A DNA stretch of 64,000 bases from the human T2T-CHM13v2.0 reference genome, Homo sapiens: the NCBI RefSeq assembly GCF_009914755.1, contig NC_060944.1. The stretch is one strand, 5' to 3'. Numbering within the stretch: position 1 is the stretch's first letter; every line of letters starts with the position of its first letter. The notes beneath the pieces were generated by a model. The model searched no databases. It was not told where the DNA came from and was given only the letters and a program-made list of their open reading frames with translations. Positions 26,880-45,635 of the stretch are shown one piece after another. A program made the translations under genes and the position numbers.

Positions 26880-27368
26880 GTAGATGCTGCCAGTGCCCCA
26901 TCCCCACCCCTTTGGCACCTGCTCTTTTTGCATCATTGTTGGCTTTCTATCTCAGGCACCCAGAACTATGCCTGAGAGCTTTTTATGTCCTAGCAAGGTG
27001 TCCTCAGCCCAGGCACAGGGTAGCCCATTAATGCTGGGGAGTTCATGTCCATCTGCAAGGAGCAGCCCTCACATGAATGCTGATGAGAATTGGTGGATAA
27101 ATGTTGCAGCTTCCTTGCCCCTGGAAACAAGGAAGAATTGCCATGGGGCAACTCCGATGCACTGTCCCTGGAGGTTCTCAGCAGGGTTGCTTAATGACCG
27201 CAATGGAAACATGCTTGATCCACACCTTTTAAATTTTTTTTGCTGCCTTCTCTTTCTTGTCTCATTTCCCTATTCTCTTAGGGGTGGTTCCTGGGATCAC
27301 CGCCAAAATAAGTACTTGCGTGTGAATCCTTGTTTCAGGGTCCACTAGTGGAGAAATCCAACCTAATC
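26880..27368 (+). mobile_element. ERVL LTR (LTR16-like)
   Basis: 3' end tcctgggatcaccgccaaaataagtacttgc...aatccttgtttcagggtc...ccaacctaa resembles the LTR16 terminus. Confidence 0.65.
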
Positions 27369-28499
27369 GCCAACCAAATCCAAACTCAAAAAGCTCAAAT
27401 GTACTTGGTATCATAAATTGAGGGCTAAAGAGAGGACTAGGTATCATAGGAATGAATCCATCAGTCCCCAAACCCAGAAAAATAAAGGTAGCTTTATTTT
27501 TCTCTTACTATGCTTAGTTTCATTCTGGTCATCTGCCCTATGGGGCTGCCTGTCCTCTTCCTTTTGGTCCTTTCTTGGCTCACCTTGAAAAGAGGAAGAG
27601 AACATTAGCATCTCCACCTGGGACGGTGGTGATGAGGCAAGTGGCCAGGGCAGGCCCCTTGCACTGGTGCTCTTGCCACCCAAGTGGGCTTGCTTCAATT
27701 TACTGTAGAGGTGCAAGGCTGGTAACTCACCACTAAGTCCGCAGAGCTGAGAAAATATTTGCCTAAAGATTAGCAGGGGAGGCCCCTTCTGATTTCCAAT
27801 GTGCTGGACCTGATGAGCTCCAGGCTTTTAACCGCCTCAGGCTAGAGTTAGGGAAATATAGCTCTGGCCTGTGAGTGTGTGTGGGTTTGGTGGTGGGGGG
27901 CTGGGGCTGGGGGACACTGTTCTAGGGGTTGGTTGTGGGCATTTCCCACACGCAGCCAGCTGTTCTGGAAGGGCCCTTGCTTCTCCCCCTGGTCACACAG
28001 CACCTGAGGATGCCAGGCATTTAGTATCTCTCATAGCTGACAACTGTGTTTTGGTCTGCAGGGTGACCTACACTTTGCTGGTATAGAGGAAATTCAGCGA
28101 ATTAACCAAATTCTCTGGTGCAGAAGAGCTGTGCAGATTGAGTTGTCAGCTGAACTCGCTTTCCTGTTGGTTGGTTAAGTTGTCCCAGGGCCTCTCTGCC
28201 GTTTCTAAATGAGAACTTTTACTATGGAGTAGAAAAAATGGCCTTCTACTCCTAGAGTACCTGAGGGTACAGTCCAAAGCAACCGTGACAAGTGTCAATT
28301 ATTTTTTAAGTCTGCTGTTTTTAAGTTTGAAAATTTAAGTAAATTTTGCATACGTTTTTATTTTAGTTTTATAGGATATTTTAAATTTCTTGTCACGACG
28401 CAGGAGCCACATTGTGTTATTTTGTGGCTTCATGTCTTTAGCATCTGACCTTATCGTCTATATTTCTCCAGTGAGAAGCAAAGTGAGGGATGGAGTACT

Positions 28500-29025
<526 letters not shown>

Positions 29026-29344
29026 TCTGATCATGTTTTCTAAACATGTTCTCATGTTTAAGTAAATGAACATACACTGCTTATTGGAAATGAATCTACA
29101 AAACATATTTGAAGGGTAGATGATCTGAAAGTAGATGACATTAGACCAAACCATATCTCAGAGGCTGTCCCTAAAGGTATTGAAGACTTGAGAGCTCAAA
29201 GAGAAACAGGAAGTAACTTAAAACAATTTATGAACTTTTGAAAGACTGATGGGAGGATGTTCTCAATCAAGTTGGGTATCAGCATGCATATTTTATTAGC
29301 TGGAAGGAGAAGTTGCGTAAGGCGCTGGGAAAATATAACATTGG

Positions 29345-29935
29345 GGATTTTTATTTTTATTTTGACATAATTTCAGTATATACAAAATATACAATATATG
29401 CAAAGCATATTTTTTTCTTAAACATATGAGAATACTTTGAAGACATGATTTCATCATACCCTTTATCTCTAGGTAGTTCCAGTTGCATTTCCTAAGATCC
29501 AGGGCATTCTCTTACATAACCACAGCATAAAATCAGGAAAGCAGATACTGATACAATACTACTACCTAATCTATAATGCACATTTAAATTTTGTAAATTG
29601 TTTCAATAATGTCCTGTCCAGGGTAAAAATTCTTGGTTTAGGATCCAATCATGGATTATGTATAACATTTAGTTATTATGTCTCTTTTCTGTTATTTAAT
29701 CTGGAATGATTCCTTAACCGTTCTCTGTCTTCCTAAATTTCATATTTTTGAAGAGTACTGGTCAATTATTTAGTAGAATGTCCTTCACTTTACATTTGTC
29801 TGATGTTTCTTCAGGGTTAGATTCAGGTCATGCATTTTTGGCAAAAACACCACATAAGGTGGCAGGTCCTCAGTGCAACACATGAAATTGGTTTGTCCTA
29901 TTACAGGTGAAAATAATTTCATCACTTGTTAAGGT
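29345..29935 (-). mobile_element. L1MC-type 3' end
   Basis: gggcattctcttacataaccacag and gtagaatgtccttcac...ttagattcaggtcatgcatttttggc motifs. Confidence 0.7.
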
Positions 29936-30036
29936 AATTTTAAAAAATCTGATCCTTGAATTAAATATACTGTAAGGTTGAAATTTGCTGATTCTTCTTG
30001 ATGCTGACCTCTCTAGAAGAAACAGCCTCATTGCAA

Positions 30037-30052
30037 CAGTGCCACCTGCTGA
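30037..30052 (-). promoter_or_regulatory. CTCF-like motif
   Basis: Minus strand tcagcaggtggcactg matches the CTCF core CCASCAGRKGGCRS with one mismatch, in unique sequence. Confidence 0.4.
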
Positions 30053-30969
30053 AAAAAAGAAATGACTGTCTTAGAATTTAAGTCCCCAGATACAGCTTTG
30101 ATTGGAAGCTTTGATGGCTTCCAAATATTATATAACTTAAGATAAAATCTAAACTTTCCAGAGGTGGGATTGGTTAGATAGCAAAGCTTGGTCAAGAGTT
30201 TAAGGCAGTTGAAAAGGAAAATGTAGAGCAGAAGGTAATTGTATGAAGAACAGGGTTAAACAGGTTCTAGTGCCTCCTGGGGGTTTAACCTCTCAGAGCA
30301 CCTTAGGAAGGCACCGCTCATCATGAGAGGCTCCCATTCCTAATTCAGAAACAGAAGGACCCAGACCTGTGGGTGGGCTTCACCTTCTCAGGTAATACCT
30401 GATAGTCCACCAGGCAGACGGGGTTGGCGATGCTTCCAGCACTGAGCACTCTCTGGGTTTGCTAGAACTACCCAGGCCAACACCTCACCACTTTTTTTTC
30501 CTCTCATTTTTGTAATGTGGCTTCTTATAAATTTAAACTTGTTTCAGCATTTGCCTTGTTGCCTGTCTGGAAATAACAAGTTGTTTGTTTTGCTTTATAA
30601 TTTGAGAAACAGGCTACCATTCCCTTCCCATCATGGAAAACATTCTGCAATGATCTGTATCATCTTCCAATCATGGTAATCACTGACTAACCTGTTTTCA
30701 CCAGAGAGGTTTTTTATCTAATTGGAAGTTTGAGCCTGAAACTCAGAGAAGATAAATGGACAATTTTGGTCTCACGTGTTTTGTTTAATCACTCATTTCT
30801 GCGTAAACACCATTTCTTGAGGTATGGAAGGGTATAAGATCTGTTGATGATATTTGAATTTGGGACAAGTTATTTTTATCCTGTTATTGGCCATTCTTGA
30901 CCATCAAGAGCCAAAAAATTGATCTGGAATTGAAGGAGAAGTGGGAAAACATGAAAGATGATTTTGGTT

Positions 30970-31540
30970 CTGTAGTTAAGAGATGGAAGAGTTAATAGCA
31001 CAATCTGAATGCCAAATACAAGAATATCTGATGAGATCATCTCAGTCTTTATTATTTAGATCTGGTATCTAGGTGGATGAGTGGAAGGAACAATCGACTG
31101 CTCAGACCACAGCCGAGATTGCAGAGATGGCACTTAACTGTGGACTAACACAAAGAGGAGCCCATCAAAGGAGAGCAAGCAAGATGAAAAAGAAACCAAA
31201 TGTCAGGCCACATGATGAAGAATTGGGAACTGGGGAAACACTGGACTTGGGAAACAACATTTAAGACAAAGGAGGACAGAATAGCTAAGTGCAACTATTT
31301 ACGAATCTAATAAGTTCCACACTTTACTTCTTTTGACCCAAGAAAGAATTGCTACTAGTGAACTGAAGTTGCAGAGAAATACATGCCACCTTATGATGAG
31401 GAATACAACAAAATCTAACAATTGGAAGTATCCAAGGATGGTTTAGGATGATCTGGAGAGGGAAGTTGTAGGATAGGTATGTGTGACCAAATTATATGAC
31501 CTTAATGTCCCATATATCTTGAGATTCTATGATTTAAAGA
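30970..31540 (+). mobile_element. L3/CR1 LINE 3' remnant
   Basis: ggagcccatcaaaggagagcaagcaagatg...atgatgaagaattgggaactgggga resembles the CR1 ORF2 end. Confidence 0.55.
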
Positions 31541-32630
31541 TGCCTTTAGTATTTAATCCATGGCTTGACCCAATCCATAGTCAACTTTTTAATCTATAAC
31601 ATTTTAAAAGATAAGCAAATAAAGCCAAGTTGGTTAGATTCTCCCACCCAAATCCAAGCCTAAACTTATGTAATTGACATTGGATTTATTAGTCGCAAAA
31701 ATTATGTAACACATGGGAAATATATATTTGTAAAAAAAAATGAGAGTTTTTTAAGGTCAACTCTTTGTTAAAAGAATTTGGCATTAAGTAAATGTTACAT
31801 CTACTAAATATTTAAGCTTAATCACTATGTGAACAAATATAATTATTCCTGGAAATAATCAAGGAATATTTCCAGAAATATTTATGACATGGAGGAAGAC
31901 GTGGAAATACTCCATGTCTTCATTAGTTATTTAGTTTATAAAGTTGGGCTCTCTGTATTACCATTTCATAACATTTGGAAAAATCCACAAAGAGAAAAAA
32001 AACTCATTTGTTTCTGAACATTTTTGAATGCTATTAGGCTGACTCGTGTCAAATTTTTATTTGACCATTTTAAATTAAAATATTTATTGAAAAATTATAG
32101 GTTGACATGCAGTTGTGAGAAATAATACATAAAGAATTTATGCACCATTTACCCAGTTTCCTCCAATGGTAACATTGCAAAACTATGGAACATTTTTGAT
32201 CTATAAAAGAGTAGTTTTATATGGTTAAACCTAATATAGATGGAGGACAAAAATCACAATTTTTGCTGGGTTAGGCTGCATGAATAATCCTAAACTCTCA
32301 AACTGAAGTAACTTTGACGGCATTGAAATATGGGCCATTACAATGGGTTTATGTTGTGGGAGAGGAGAGGTTTCAAGGGAGATTCTAGTGGTAGGCGAGT
32401 GGGGCTAATGGTTGGATTTTAAGAAATGCTGTGAAGATTTCAGGATAATGAACACTGGGAAATAGTTAAGATGCCTTTGATGAGGACACACAGGGTGGTG
32501 GCAAACACAACTCAAAAACCAGTAAGCAAGGGATGGTGAAGTGAAGGCAGCCTGGGCTGGTGCCAGGTTAGCGCGGGCTATTCTGTTTGTAGATTAAGGG
32601 GAAGATGTTCACTGAGAGAAATAAATTGCA

Positions 32631-32760
32631 AGCTGGGTGACGTGGCATGTGCCTGTAATTCCAGCTACTTGCGAGGCCAAGACAGGAAGATCCTTTGAGC
32701 CAAGGAGTTTGAGGCCAGCCTGGGCAACATAGCAAGACCTCGTCTCAAAAAAAAGAAAAA
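32631..32760 (+). mobile_element. Free Alu monomer (FLAM)
   Basis: Single ~130-bp monomer ...gagccaaggagtttgaggccagcctgggcaacatagcaagacc with A-tail. Confidence 0.85.
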
Positions 32761-35067
32761 ATTGGAGATGCAGGAGAGGTTGGAGGGCATGTGGCTGAGC
32801 TGGAGAATCAAGAGCTTTACCTCAGTGAAAAGAAGAAAGACCTTTTTTCCTGCCTATATGGAAAGGATAATGGGTAGGATGACTTTGACATTCAGATGTC
32901 AACAGGAGGGAATGCTTTGTAAAAGTCGCCGGTTTTCACATGTTTTAAAAATAGTGTACTCCATTGTCTTTTCTACACTCTTTCATGAAGAATGCAGAAA
33001 TACGAAAGAGATGATATCAGGGCCGGTCTTGTCGAAATGAAGGTGAAGCCCAACTTCTGCTTCACCTTTAAAAAGCCCAGAAGTTATGTAAATTCATTAT
33101 GAAATGAAAAGAATCCACAATGGAATGAAACTGGTAAAGTATTCAAGCTGCGTAAGTCCTGGTTTTATCAGGTCACAAAAATTAATTCTCATATCATTCT
33201 GTTGTTTTGCAAACAAACTGCAAGATTGCAGAGGGTTTTATTTATTTTAGACAGCCTGAAAACAGCAAGGTGTACAATAACAGGAATAACCAGGTCATTT
33301 GAACAGGATCGTGACAGCTATTGATGCTACCTGTCCAGCCTGGACATGATTTGGCCTGACCAAGCACCCAAGAAGGCTCAGTGGGTTGTGAGCACACCCT
33401 GAGCCAAAAGCGTTATGGGCTGCTCCAAACCAAGTGTACTTTTAACGTGGATTAATAAAAACCTGATATTCGGGTTCAGAAATATGACTGTTGCATTGTA
33501 AGGCTACATCTAGAGTAGTGCCTTTCTTCTGGGCTCCACATTTAGAAAGGACAGGGACAAAGTAAAGAATTTCAGATGAAGAGGAACAAAATGGGAAAGG
33601 CCATGAAATTGATTTGTTATACATATTTGTTCAGGGAAAGAAAGGACAGAGGCAGAATGATAAGAGGAGCAAGGAACACAGGACAGAGGGAAGGGATGAG
33701 GAAGGCACATAAAGTGATGACATGTGGTTATGATTTAAAGAGGTTTTTTCAGAAATGAATATGAATAAGCTTAAAAGGGGAGAAGCAGATTTATGAAAGG
33801 TGATAAGAAGATGCAGGACAGGAGTATCAGATATGGCTTGCCACCTCCCACCACTGTAAATGTCATCTGGGGTAATTTGCAGTTGTCAAGATTTAAAGCT
33901 TTAACTCCTACCACTACTCAAGATGCTTAAGTAAGAATTCCAATACTCTGAAATCTAGTTCTGTATACCCACTCCAAATTCATTTGGGTGTTAAACACAT
34001 GTGAGCATTCCAACATAAATATTTATAGGGCAAAGACCTTAGAAAGCACAGCCTATGTTTTCCATATTGTATTCCACAGAAAAACCCAACCCCCTTGCCT
34101 GCTCTTTCCCCTGCCTCTCACTCCCCCCCTCTCCTTCTAAATCTTCTTCCTTCTCTCCCTCCTCCTCTTCCTCTTTCCTACTCCTCTCCCTCTCCCTCCT
34201 CCTCTTCCTCTTTCCTACCTATTCGTCTTTCAACTCATTCTTATAAAGCACCACTGCCTTCCGTGCACCGCATGTACTGTTGACCAAAAACAGGTTTGGC
34301 CCCTGTTCTCACGGAGCTCATACTGAGTGGGGGAAGACACACATTGACCAAACTGTTGTCACCTTCATAAATTGTACATTGTATTTCTTTTATTACTACA
34401 GAAGTGGAACATTTTGTCTCATATCTGTAGTTTGTATGATGCTCATACACCTTTTAACCCAGGTGTGAAAGCCAACTTTATTTTATATATCTGAACTTAA
34501 TTTACTTCTGTAGTCCCTATATTGCCCAATTAGAGAGTTGATCTATTTCTTTCCAAGTTTAAAAATTAGTCCCTTTAATACCTAGTTTATTGAAAGTTTT
34601 TAACATGAAGGGATGTCGAATTTTATCGAAGGCTTTTTCTGCATCTATTGAGATAATCACGTGGTTTTTGTCTTTAGTTCTGTTTATGTGATAAATCCCA
34701 TATATTGATTTGCATATGTTGAAGCAGCTTTGCATCCCAGGGATGAAACCAACTTGACCGTGGTGGATAAGCTTTTTGATTTGCTGCTGGATTCAGATTG
34801 CCAGTATTTTATTAAGGATTTTTGCGTCGATATTCATGAAAGATATTGGCTTGAAGTTTTCTTATTTGTGTTGTATCTCTGCCAGGTTTGGTATCTGGAT
34901 GATGCTGGCCTCATAGAATGAGTTAGGGAGGAGTCTATCCTTTTCAATTTTTTGGAGTAGTTTCAGTAGAAATAGTACTGACTCTTCTTTGTAACACTGT
35001 TAGTAGAATTCTGCTGTGAATTGTCTGGTCCTGGGCTTTTTTGTTTGGTAGGCTACTTATTACCGCC

Positions 35068-35423
35068 TGTGTTAATCCGTTCTCACACTGCTATAAAAAA
35101 TACCTAAGACTGAGTAATTTGTAAAGGAAAGAGGTTTAACTGACTCACAGTTCCACTCACACTTACAGTCATGGCAGAAGGGAAACCAGGCACCTTCTTC
35201 ACAAGGTGGCAGGAGAAAGAGTGAGTGTTTAGGAGGAACTGTCAAACACTTATATGCCCATCAGATCTCATGAGAACTCACTCACTATCATGAGAACAGG
35301 ATAAGGGAAACCTCCCCAATGATCCAATCACCTCCCACCAGGTCCCGCTCTCAGCATGTGGATATTATGGGGATTACAATTTGAGATGAGATTTGGGTGG
35401 GGACACAGAGCCAAACCATATCA
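35068..35423 (-). mobile_element. THE1D-like MaLR solo LTR
   Basis: tgtgttaatccgttctcacactgctata...gggacacagagccaaaccatatca; TSD ccgcc/ctgcc. Confidence 0.9.
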
Positions 35424-38366
35424 CTGCCTCAATTTCAGAACTTATTATTGGTCCATTCAGGGATTCAATTTCTTCCTGGTTCAGTCTTTGGAGGGTGTAG
35501 TTCAATCCTGGGACACATGTCCAGGAATTTACCCATTTCTTCTAGATTTTCTTGTTTATTTACATAGAGGTGTTTATAGTATTGTCTGATGGTTGTTTGT
35601 ATTTCTGTGGGGTCAGTAATGATATCCCTTTTATCATTTCTGATTATGTTTATTTGATTCTTCTCTCTTTTCTTCCTTATTAGTCTAGCTAGCAGTCTAT
35701 CTATTTTATTAATTTTTTCAAAAAAATCTCCTGGATTTGTGGATTTTTTAAGGGTTTTTTATGTCTCGATCTCTTTCAGTTTAGCTCTGATCTTGGTTTT
35801 TTTCTTGTCTTCTGCTAGCTTTGGGGTTTGTTTTCTCTCGGTTCTGTAGTTCTTTTAGTTGAGATGTTAGGTTGTTAACTTGAGATCTTTCTAGCTTCTT
35901 GAGGTGGGCATTTAGTGCTATAAATTTATCTCTTGACATTGCTTCAGCTGCATCCCAGAGATTCTGGTATGTTGTCTCTTTGTTCTCATTAGTTTCAAAG
36001 AACTTCTAGATTTCTGCCTTAATTTTATTATTTACCTAAGAGTAATTCAGGAGCTTCCATGTAGTTGTGTGGTTTTGAGTGAATTTCTTAATCTTGAGTT
36101 CTAATTTGATTGTGCTGTGGTCTGAGAGACTGTAATGATTTCAGGTACGATGTTTGGCAAACCCACAGCCAACATCATACTTAATGGGCAAAAGTGGAAA
36201 CATTCCCCTTGAAAACTAGTACAAGACAAGGATGCCCTCTCTCAGCACTCCTATTCTACGTATTACTGGAAATTCTGGTCAGGACAATTGGGCAAGAGAA
36301 AGAAATAAAGGGTATTCGAATAGGAAGTGAGGAAGTCAAACCATCTTTGTTTGAAGATGACATGTTTCTATGTCTGGAAAACCCCATTCTCTCAGCCCCA
36401 AAGCTTCTTAAGCTGATAATCAACTTCAGCAGTCTGAGGATACAAAATCAACTTGCAAAACCCACTAACATTTCTATATACTAAGAAGAGGCAAGCAAGG
36501 AGCCAAATCATGAATGAACTCCCATTCACAATTGCTACAGAAAGAATAAAATACTTGGAAATACAGCTAACAGGGGAAGTGAAGGCCTTCTTCAAGGAGA
36601 ACTACAGACCCTTGCTCAAAGAAATCAGAGAGGACACAAGGAAAAGGTAAAATATTCCATGTACATAAATAAGAAGAATCAATATCGTGAAAATGGCCAT
36701 ACTGCCCAAAGTAATTTATAGATTCAATGCTATTCCCATTAAACTACCACTGACATTATTCACAGAATTAGAAAAAAACTATTTTAAATTTTATATGGAA
36801 TTCAGACTCTGAAAACAGAGCCGAAATAGCCAAGACAATCCTAAGCAAAAAGAACAAAGCTGGAGGTATCACACTACCCAACTTCAAACTATACTACAAG
36901 GCTATGATAACCAAAACAACATAGTACTGGTACAAGAACAGACACATAAACCAATGTAACAGACTAGAGAACTCTAGAAACAAGACCACTTGCCTACAAC
37001 CATCTGATCTTCAATAAACCTGACAAAAACAAGCAATGGGGAAAGGATTTCCTATTTAATAAATGTTGTTGGGAGAACTGGCTGGCCACATGAAGACAAA
37101 TGAAACTGGACTCTTTCCTTACGCCATGTACAAAAGTTAACCCAAGATGGATTAAAGACTTAAATGTAAAACACCGAACTATAAAAAAAAAAAAAAAACC
37201 CTAAAAGAAAATCTAGGCACTACCATTCAGGACACAGGCACAGGCAAGGATTTCATGATGAAAATGCCAAAAGCAATTGCAACAAAAGCAAAAATTGACA
37301 AATGGGATCTGATTAAACTAAAGAGCTTCTGCACAGCAAAAGAAACTATCATCACAGTGAACAGACAACCTGCAGAATGGGGGAAATTTCTACAATCTAT
37401 CCATCTGATGAAGGTCTAATATCCAGAGTTTACTAGGAACTTAAACAAATTTACAAGAAAAAAAAAACCCTATTAAAAAGTGGGCAAAGGACATGAACAG
37501 ACCCTTCTCAAAAAGAGACATACATGTGGCCAACAAACATAAGAAAAATGCTCAACATCACTAATCATTAAAGAAATGTAAACCAAAATCACAATGTGAT
37601 ACCATCTCACATCAGTCAGAATGGCAATTATTAAAAAGCCAAAACACAACAGATGCTGATAAGGTTGTGGATAAAAAAAAATTTACTATTGGTGGGAATG
37701 TAAATTAGTTCAACCATTGTGGAAGACAGTGTGGCAATTCCTCAAAGACCTAGAGGCAGAAATACCATGCGACCCAGAAATCCCATTTCTGGGTATTTAC
37801 CTGAAAAAAAATAAATCTTTCTATTATAAAGACACATGACACATATGTTCATTGCAGCACTATTCACAATAGCAAAGACATGGAATCAACCTAAATGCCC
37901 GTCAATGATAGACTGGATAAAGAAAATGTGGTAAGTATACACCATGGAATACTGTGCAGCCATAAGGGGACATGGATGGAGTTGGAAGCCATTATCCTTA
38001 GCAAACTAACACAGGAACAGAAAGCAAAATGCTACATGCTCTCATTTATAAGTGGGAGCTGAATGCTGAGAACACATGAACACATAGTGGGAAACAGTAC
38101 CCACTGGGACCTCTTGGTTGGGGGCTGGAGGGAAGGAGAGTATCACAAAGATTAGCTAATGATCAAAACTTGGGAAAAGTCCTGGAGCCAAGATGGCCAA
38201 ATAGGAACAGCTCCAGTCTACAGCTCCCAGTATGAGTGATGCAGAAGATGAATGATTTCTGCATTTCCAACTGAGGTACCAGGTTCATCTTACTGGGGAT
38301 TGTTGGACAGTGGGTGCAGGACAGTGGGTGTGGTGCACTGAGTGTGAGCTGAAGCAGGGTGAGGCA

Positions 38367-38630
38367 TCAACTCACCCAGGAAGTGCAAGGGGTCAGGGAA
38401 TTCCCTTTCCTAGCCAAGGAAAGGGGTGACAGATGGCACCTGGAAAATCGGATCACTCCCACCCTAATACTGCACTTTTCCAATGGTCTTAGTAAACAGC
38501 AAACGAGAAGATTGTATCCCGTGCCTGGCCTGCAGGGTCCTATGCCCACAGAGCCTCGCTCATTGCTAGCCCAGCAGTCTGAGATCAAACTGCAAGGCAG
38601 CGGCGAGGCTGGGGGAGGGGCATCTGCCAT
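38367..38630 (-). CDS. L1 ORF0 (antisense 5'UTR ORF), open for 87 aa
   Basis: MADAPPPASPLPCSLISDCWASNERGSVGIGP...IRVGVIRFSRC matches the primate L1 ORF0 protein pattern. Expression is unknown. Confidence 0.7.
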   Translation of the reverse strand: MADAPPPASPLPCSLISDCWASNERGSVGIGPCRPGTGYNLLVCCLLRPLEKCSIRVGVIRFSRCHLSPLSLARKGNSLTPCTSWVS

Positions 38631-39200
38631 TGCTGAGGCTTGAGTTGGTAAACAAAGCGGCCAGGAAGCTCCAACTGGGTGGAGCCCACCACAGCTCAAG
38701 GAGGCCTGTCTGCCTCTGTAGACTCCACCTCTGGGGGCAGGGCATAGCCAAACAAAAGGCAGCAGAAACCTCTGCAGACTTAAATGTCCCTGTCTGACAG
38801 CTTTGAAGAGAATAGTGGTTCTCCAAGCACGCAGCTTGAGATCTGAGAATGGACAGACTGCCTCCTCAAGTGGGTCCCTGACTCCCAAGTAGCCTAATTG
38901 GGAGCCACCCCCCAGTAGGGGCAGACAGACACCTCACACGGCTGGGTACTCCTCTGAGACAAAACTTCCAGAGGAACAATCAGGCAGCATCATTTGCTGT
39001 TCACCAATACCTGCTGTTCTGCAGCCTCCGCTGCTGATACCCAGGCAAACAGGGTCTGGAGTGGACCTCCAGCAAACTCCAACAGACCTGCAGCTGAGGG
39101 TCCTGATGTTAGAAGGAAAACTAACAGAAAGGACATCCACACCAAAACCCCATCTGTAAGTCACCATCATCAAAGACCAAAGGTAGATAAAACCACAAAG

Positions 39201-40214
39201 ATGGGGGAAAAACAGAGCAGAAAACTGAAAATTCTAAAAATAAGAGCACTTCTCCTCCTCCAAAGGAATGTGGCTCCTCACCAGCAATGGAACAAAGCTG
39301 GACGAAGAATGATTTTGATGAGTTGAGAGAAGAAGGCTTAAGACGATCAAACTACTCCTAGCTAAAGGAGGAGTTCGAACCCATGGCAAAGAAGTTAAAA
39401 ACCTTGGAAAAAGATTAGATGAATGGTTAACTAGAATAACCAATGCAGAGAAGTCCTTAAAGGACATGATGGAGCTGAAAACCATGGCACGAGAACTATG
39501 TGATGAATGCAGAAGCCTCAGTAGCTTATTCAATCAACTGGAAGAAAGGGTATCAGTGATGGAAGATCAAATGAATGAAATGAAGTGAGAAGAGAAGTTT
39601 AGAGAAAAATGAATAAAAAGAAATGAACAAAGCCTCCAAGAAATATGGGACTATGTGAAAAGACAAATCTATGTCTGATTGGTGTACCTGAAAGTGACAG
39701 GGAGAATGGAACCAAGTTGGAAAACACGCTGCAGGATATTATCCAGGAGAACTTCCCCAATCTAGCAAGGCAGGCCAACATTCAGATTCAGGAAATACAG
39801 AGAATGCCACAAAGATACTCCTCAAGAAGAGCAACTCCAAGACACATAATTATCAGATTGACCAAAGTTGAAATGAAGGAAAAAATGTTAAGGGCAGCCA
39901 GAGAGAAAGGTCGGGTTACCCACAAAAGGAAGCCCATCAGACTAACAGCGGATCTCTCCACAGAAACTCTACAAACCAGAAGAGAGTGGGGGCCAATATT
40001 CAACATTCTTAAAGAAAAGAATTTTCAACCCAGAATTTCATATCCAGCCAAACTAAGCTTCATAAGTGAAGGACAAATAAAATACTTTACAGACAAGCAA
40101 ATGCTGAGAGAGTTTGTTACCACCAGGACTGCCCTAAAAGAGCTCCTGAAGGAAGCACTAAACATGGAAAGGAACAACTGGTACCAGCCACTGCAAAAAC
40201 ATGCCAAATTGTAA
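39201..40214 (+). pseudogene. L1 ORF1p, disrupted (frameshifts and internal stop)
   Basis: ATG at 39201 (atgggggaaaaacag); the C-terminal half is intact in ORF 39645-40214 (...YQPLQKHAKL*). Confidence 0.93.
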
Positions 40215-40277
40215 AGACCATCAAGGCTAGGAAGAAACTGCATCAACTAACGAGCAAAATAACCAGCTAACATCATA

Positions 40278-44420
<4,143 letters not shown>

Positions 44421-45635
44421 GAGAACACAGGGACACTGGAAGGGAGCATCACACACCAGGGCCTGTTGTGGGGTGGGGGCAGGGGGGAGGGATAGCATTA
44501 GGAGATATACCTAATGTTAAATGACGAGTTAATGGGTGCAGCATGCCAAGATGGCACATGTATACATATGTAACAAACCTGCACGTTGTGCACATGTACC
44601 CTAAAACTTATAGTATATATATATATATAAAAAGAATAGCTAATGAATTCTGGGCTTAATACATGGATGATGGGATGATCTGTGCAGCAAACTACCATGG
44701 CACACATTGACCTATGTGACAAACCTCCACATCCTGCACATGCACCCCTGAACTTAAAATGAAAATTTGAAGAAAAAAGAAATTAGTTCAATCCCAAAAT
44801 ATCTTGATACAATTTGGTAATGTAAACTGGGTCCATTCTTATCCAAAAGTCTCTCTATTCAGGACTCAGCCATTTTTCTTACTCTTTGGAGTTGTACCTA
44901 AGCCTCGAAGAGGTTAGGCACATTATTTCCTCGGATTGCGGCTCATGAAGGGGTGTCACATCCAGGACTGTCTTTGGGCCATGCTGAGCTTTGCAGAGAT
45001 ATAACTCACCTTATCAAGTTTCTCAGTGGGGTGCCCTGATTCCCACTGCCATACCACTCCCATGTGCCCTTTAGGTTGATGCCAGTCATTTTTCTATTTT
45101 CCCAGAAATCTCAAAGAACTTGCACATGAAGTTATTTTTGAATTTTATTGTTCTTTAATTCACTACATTTAGCATATATCTTTATTAGTGCCTTCCTTTT
45201 GCTTTTGCTGGCTATTTACCTACCCCACCTACCTTCTTGAGTTAGTTTTTCATGTCATTTAACTTTCTTCTTTATTGTTTTTTAATAAAAATATTTAAGT
45301 TTATAAATGTTATTCTGAGTACAGTGTTTGTCACATGGCATAGATTGGGATTTATTGTTTTCCAACCATTATTATTTCTAAAAGATTATAATTGAATTTT
45401 TAATTTCTTTTTTGACCCTTGCATTCATTCAGAAATTTTATTTTTCAATTTCTAAGGGATTAGAGTTGTGCTGTTGTTGTTCTTGTTAATGTTTGTATTT
45501 ATAAGTATGTTTATAAAATTTGCACCTTTGGGAATTTGTGGAGTCTTTATGGAAATTTTGTAATTTTATAATTTCACAAATGTTCCATGGACATGGAAAA
45601 AAAGAGGTTTTACTGAGTTTGACAGTACCAATATA

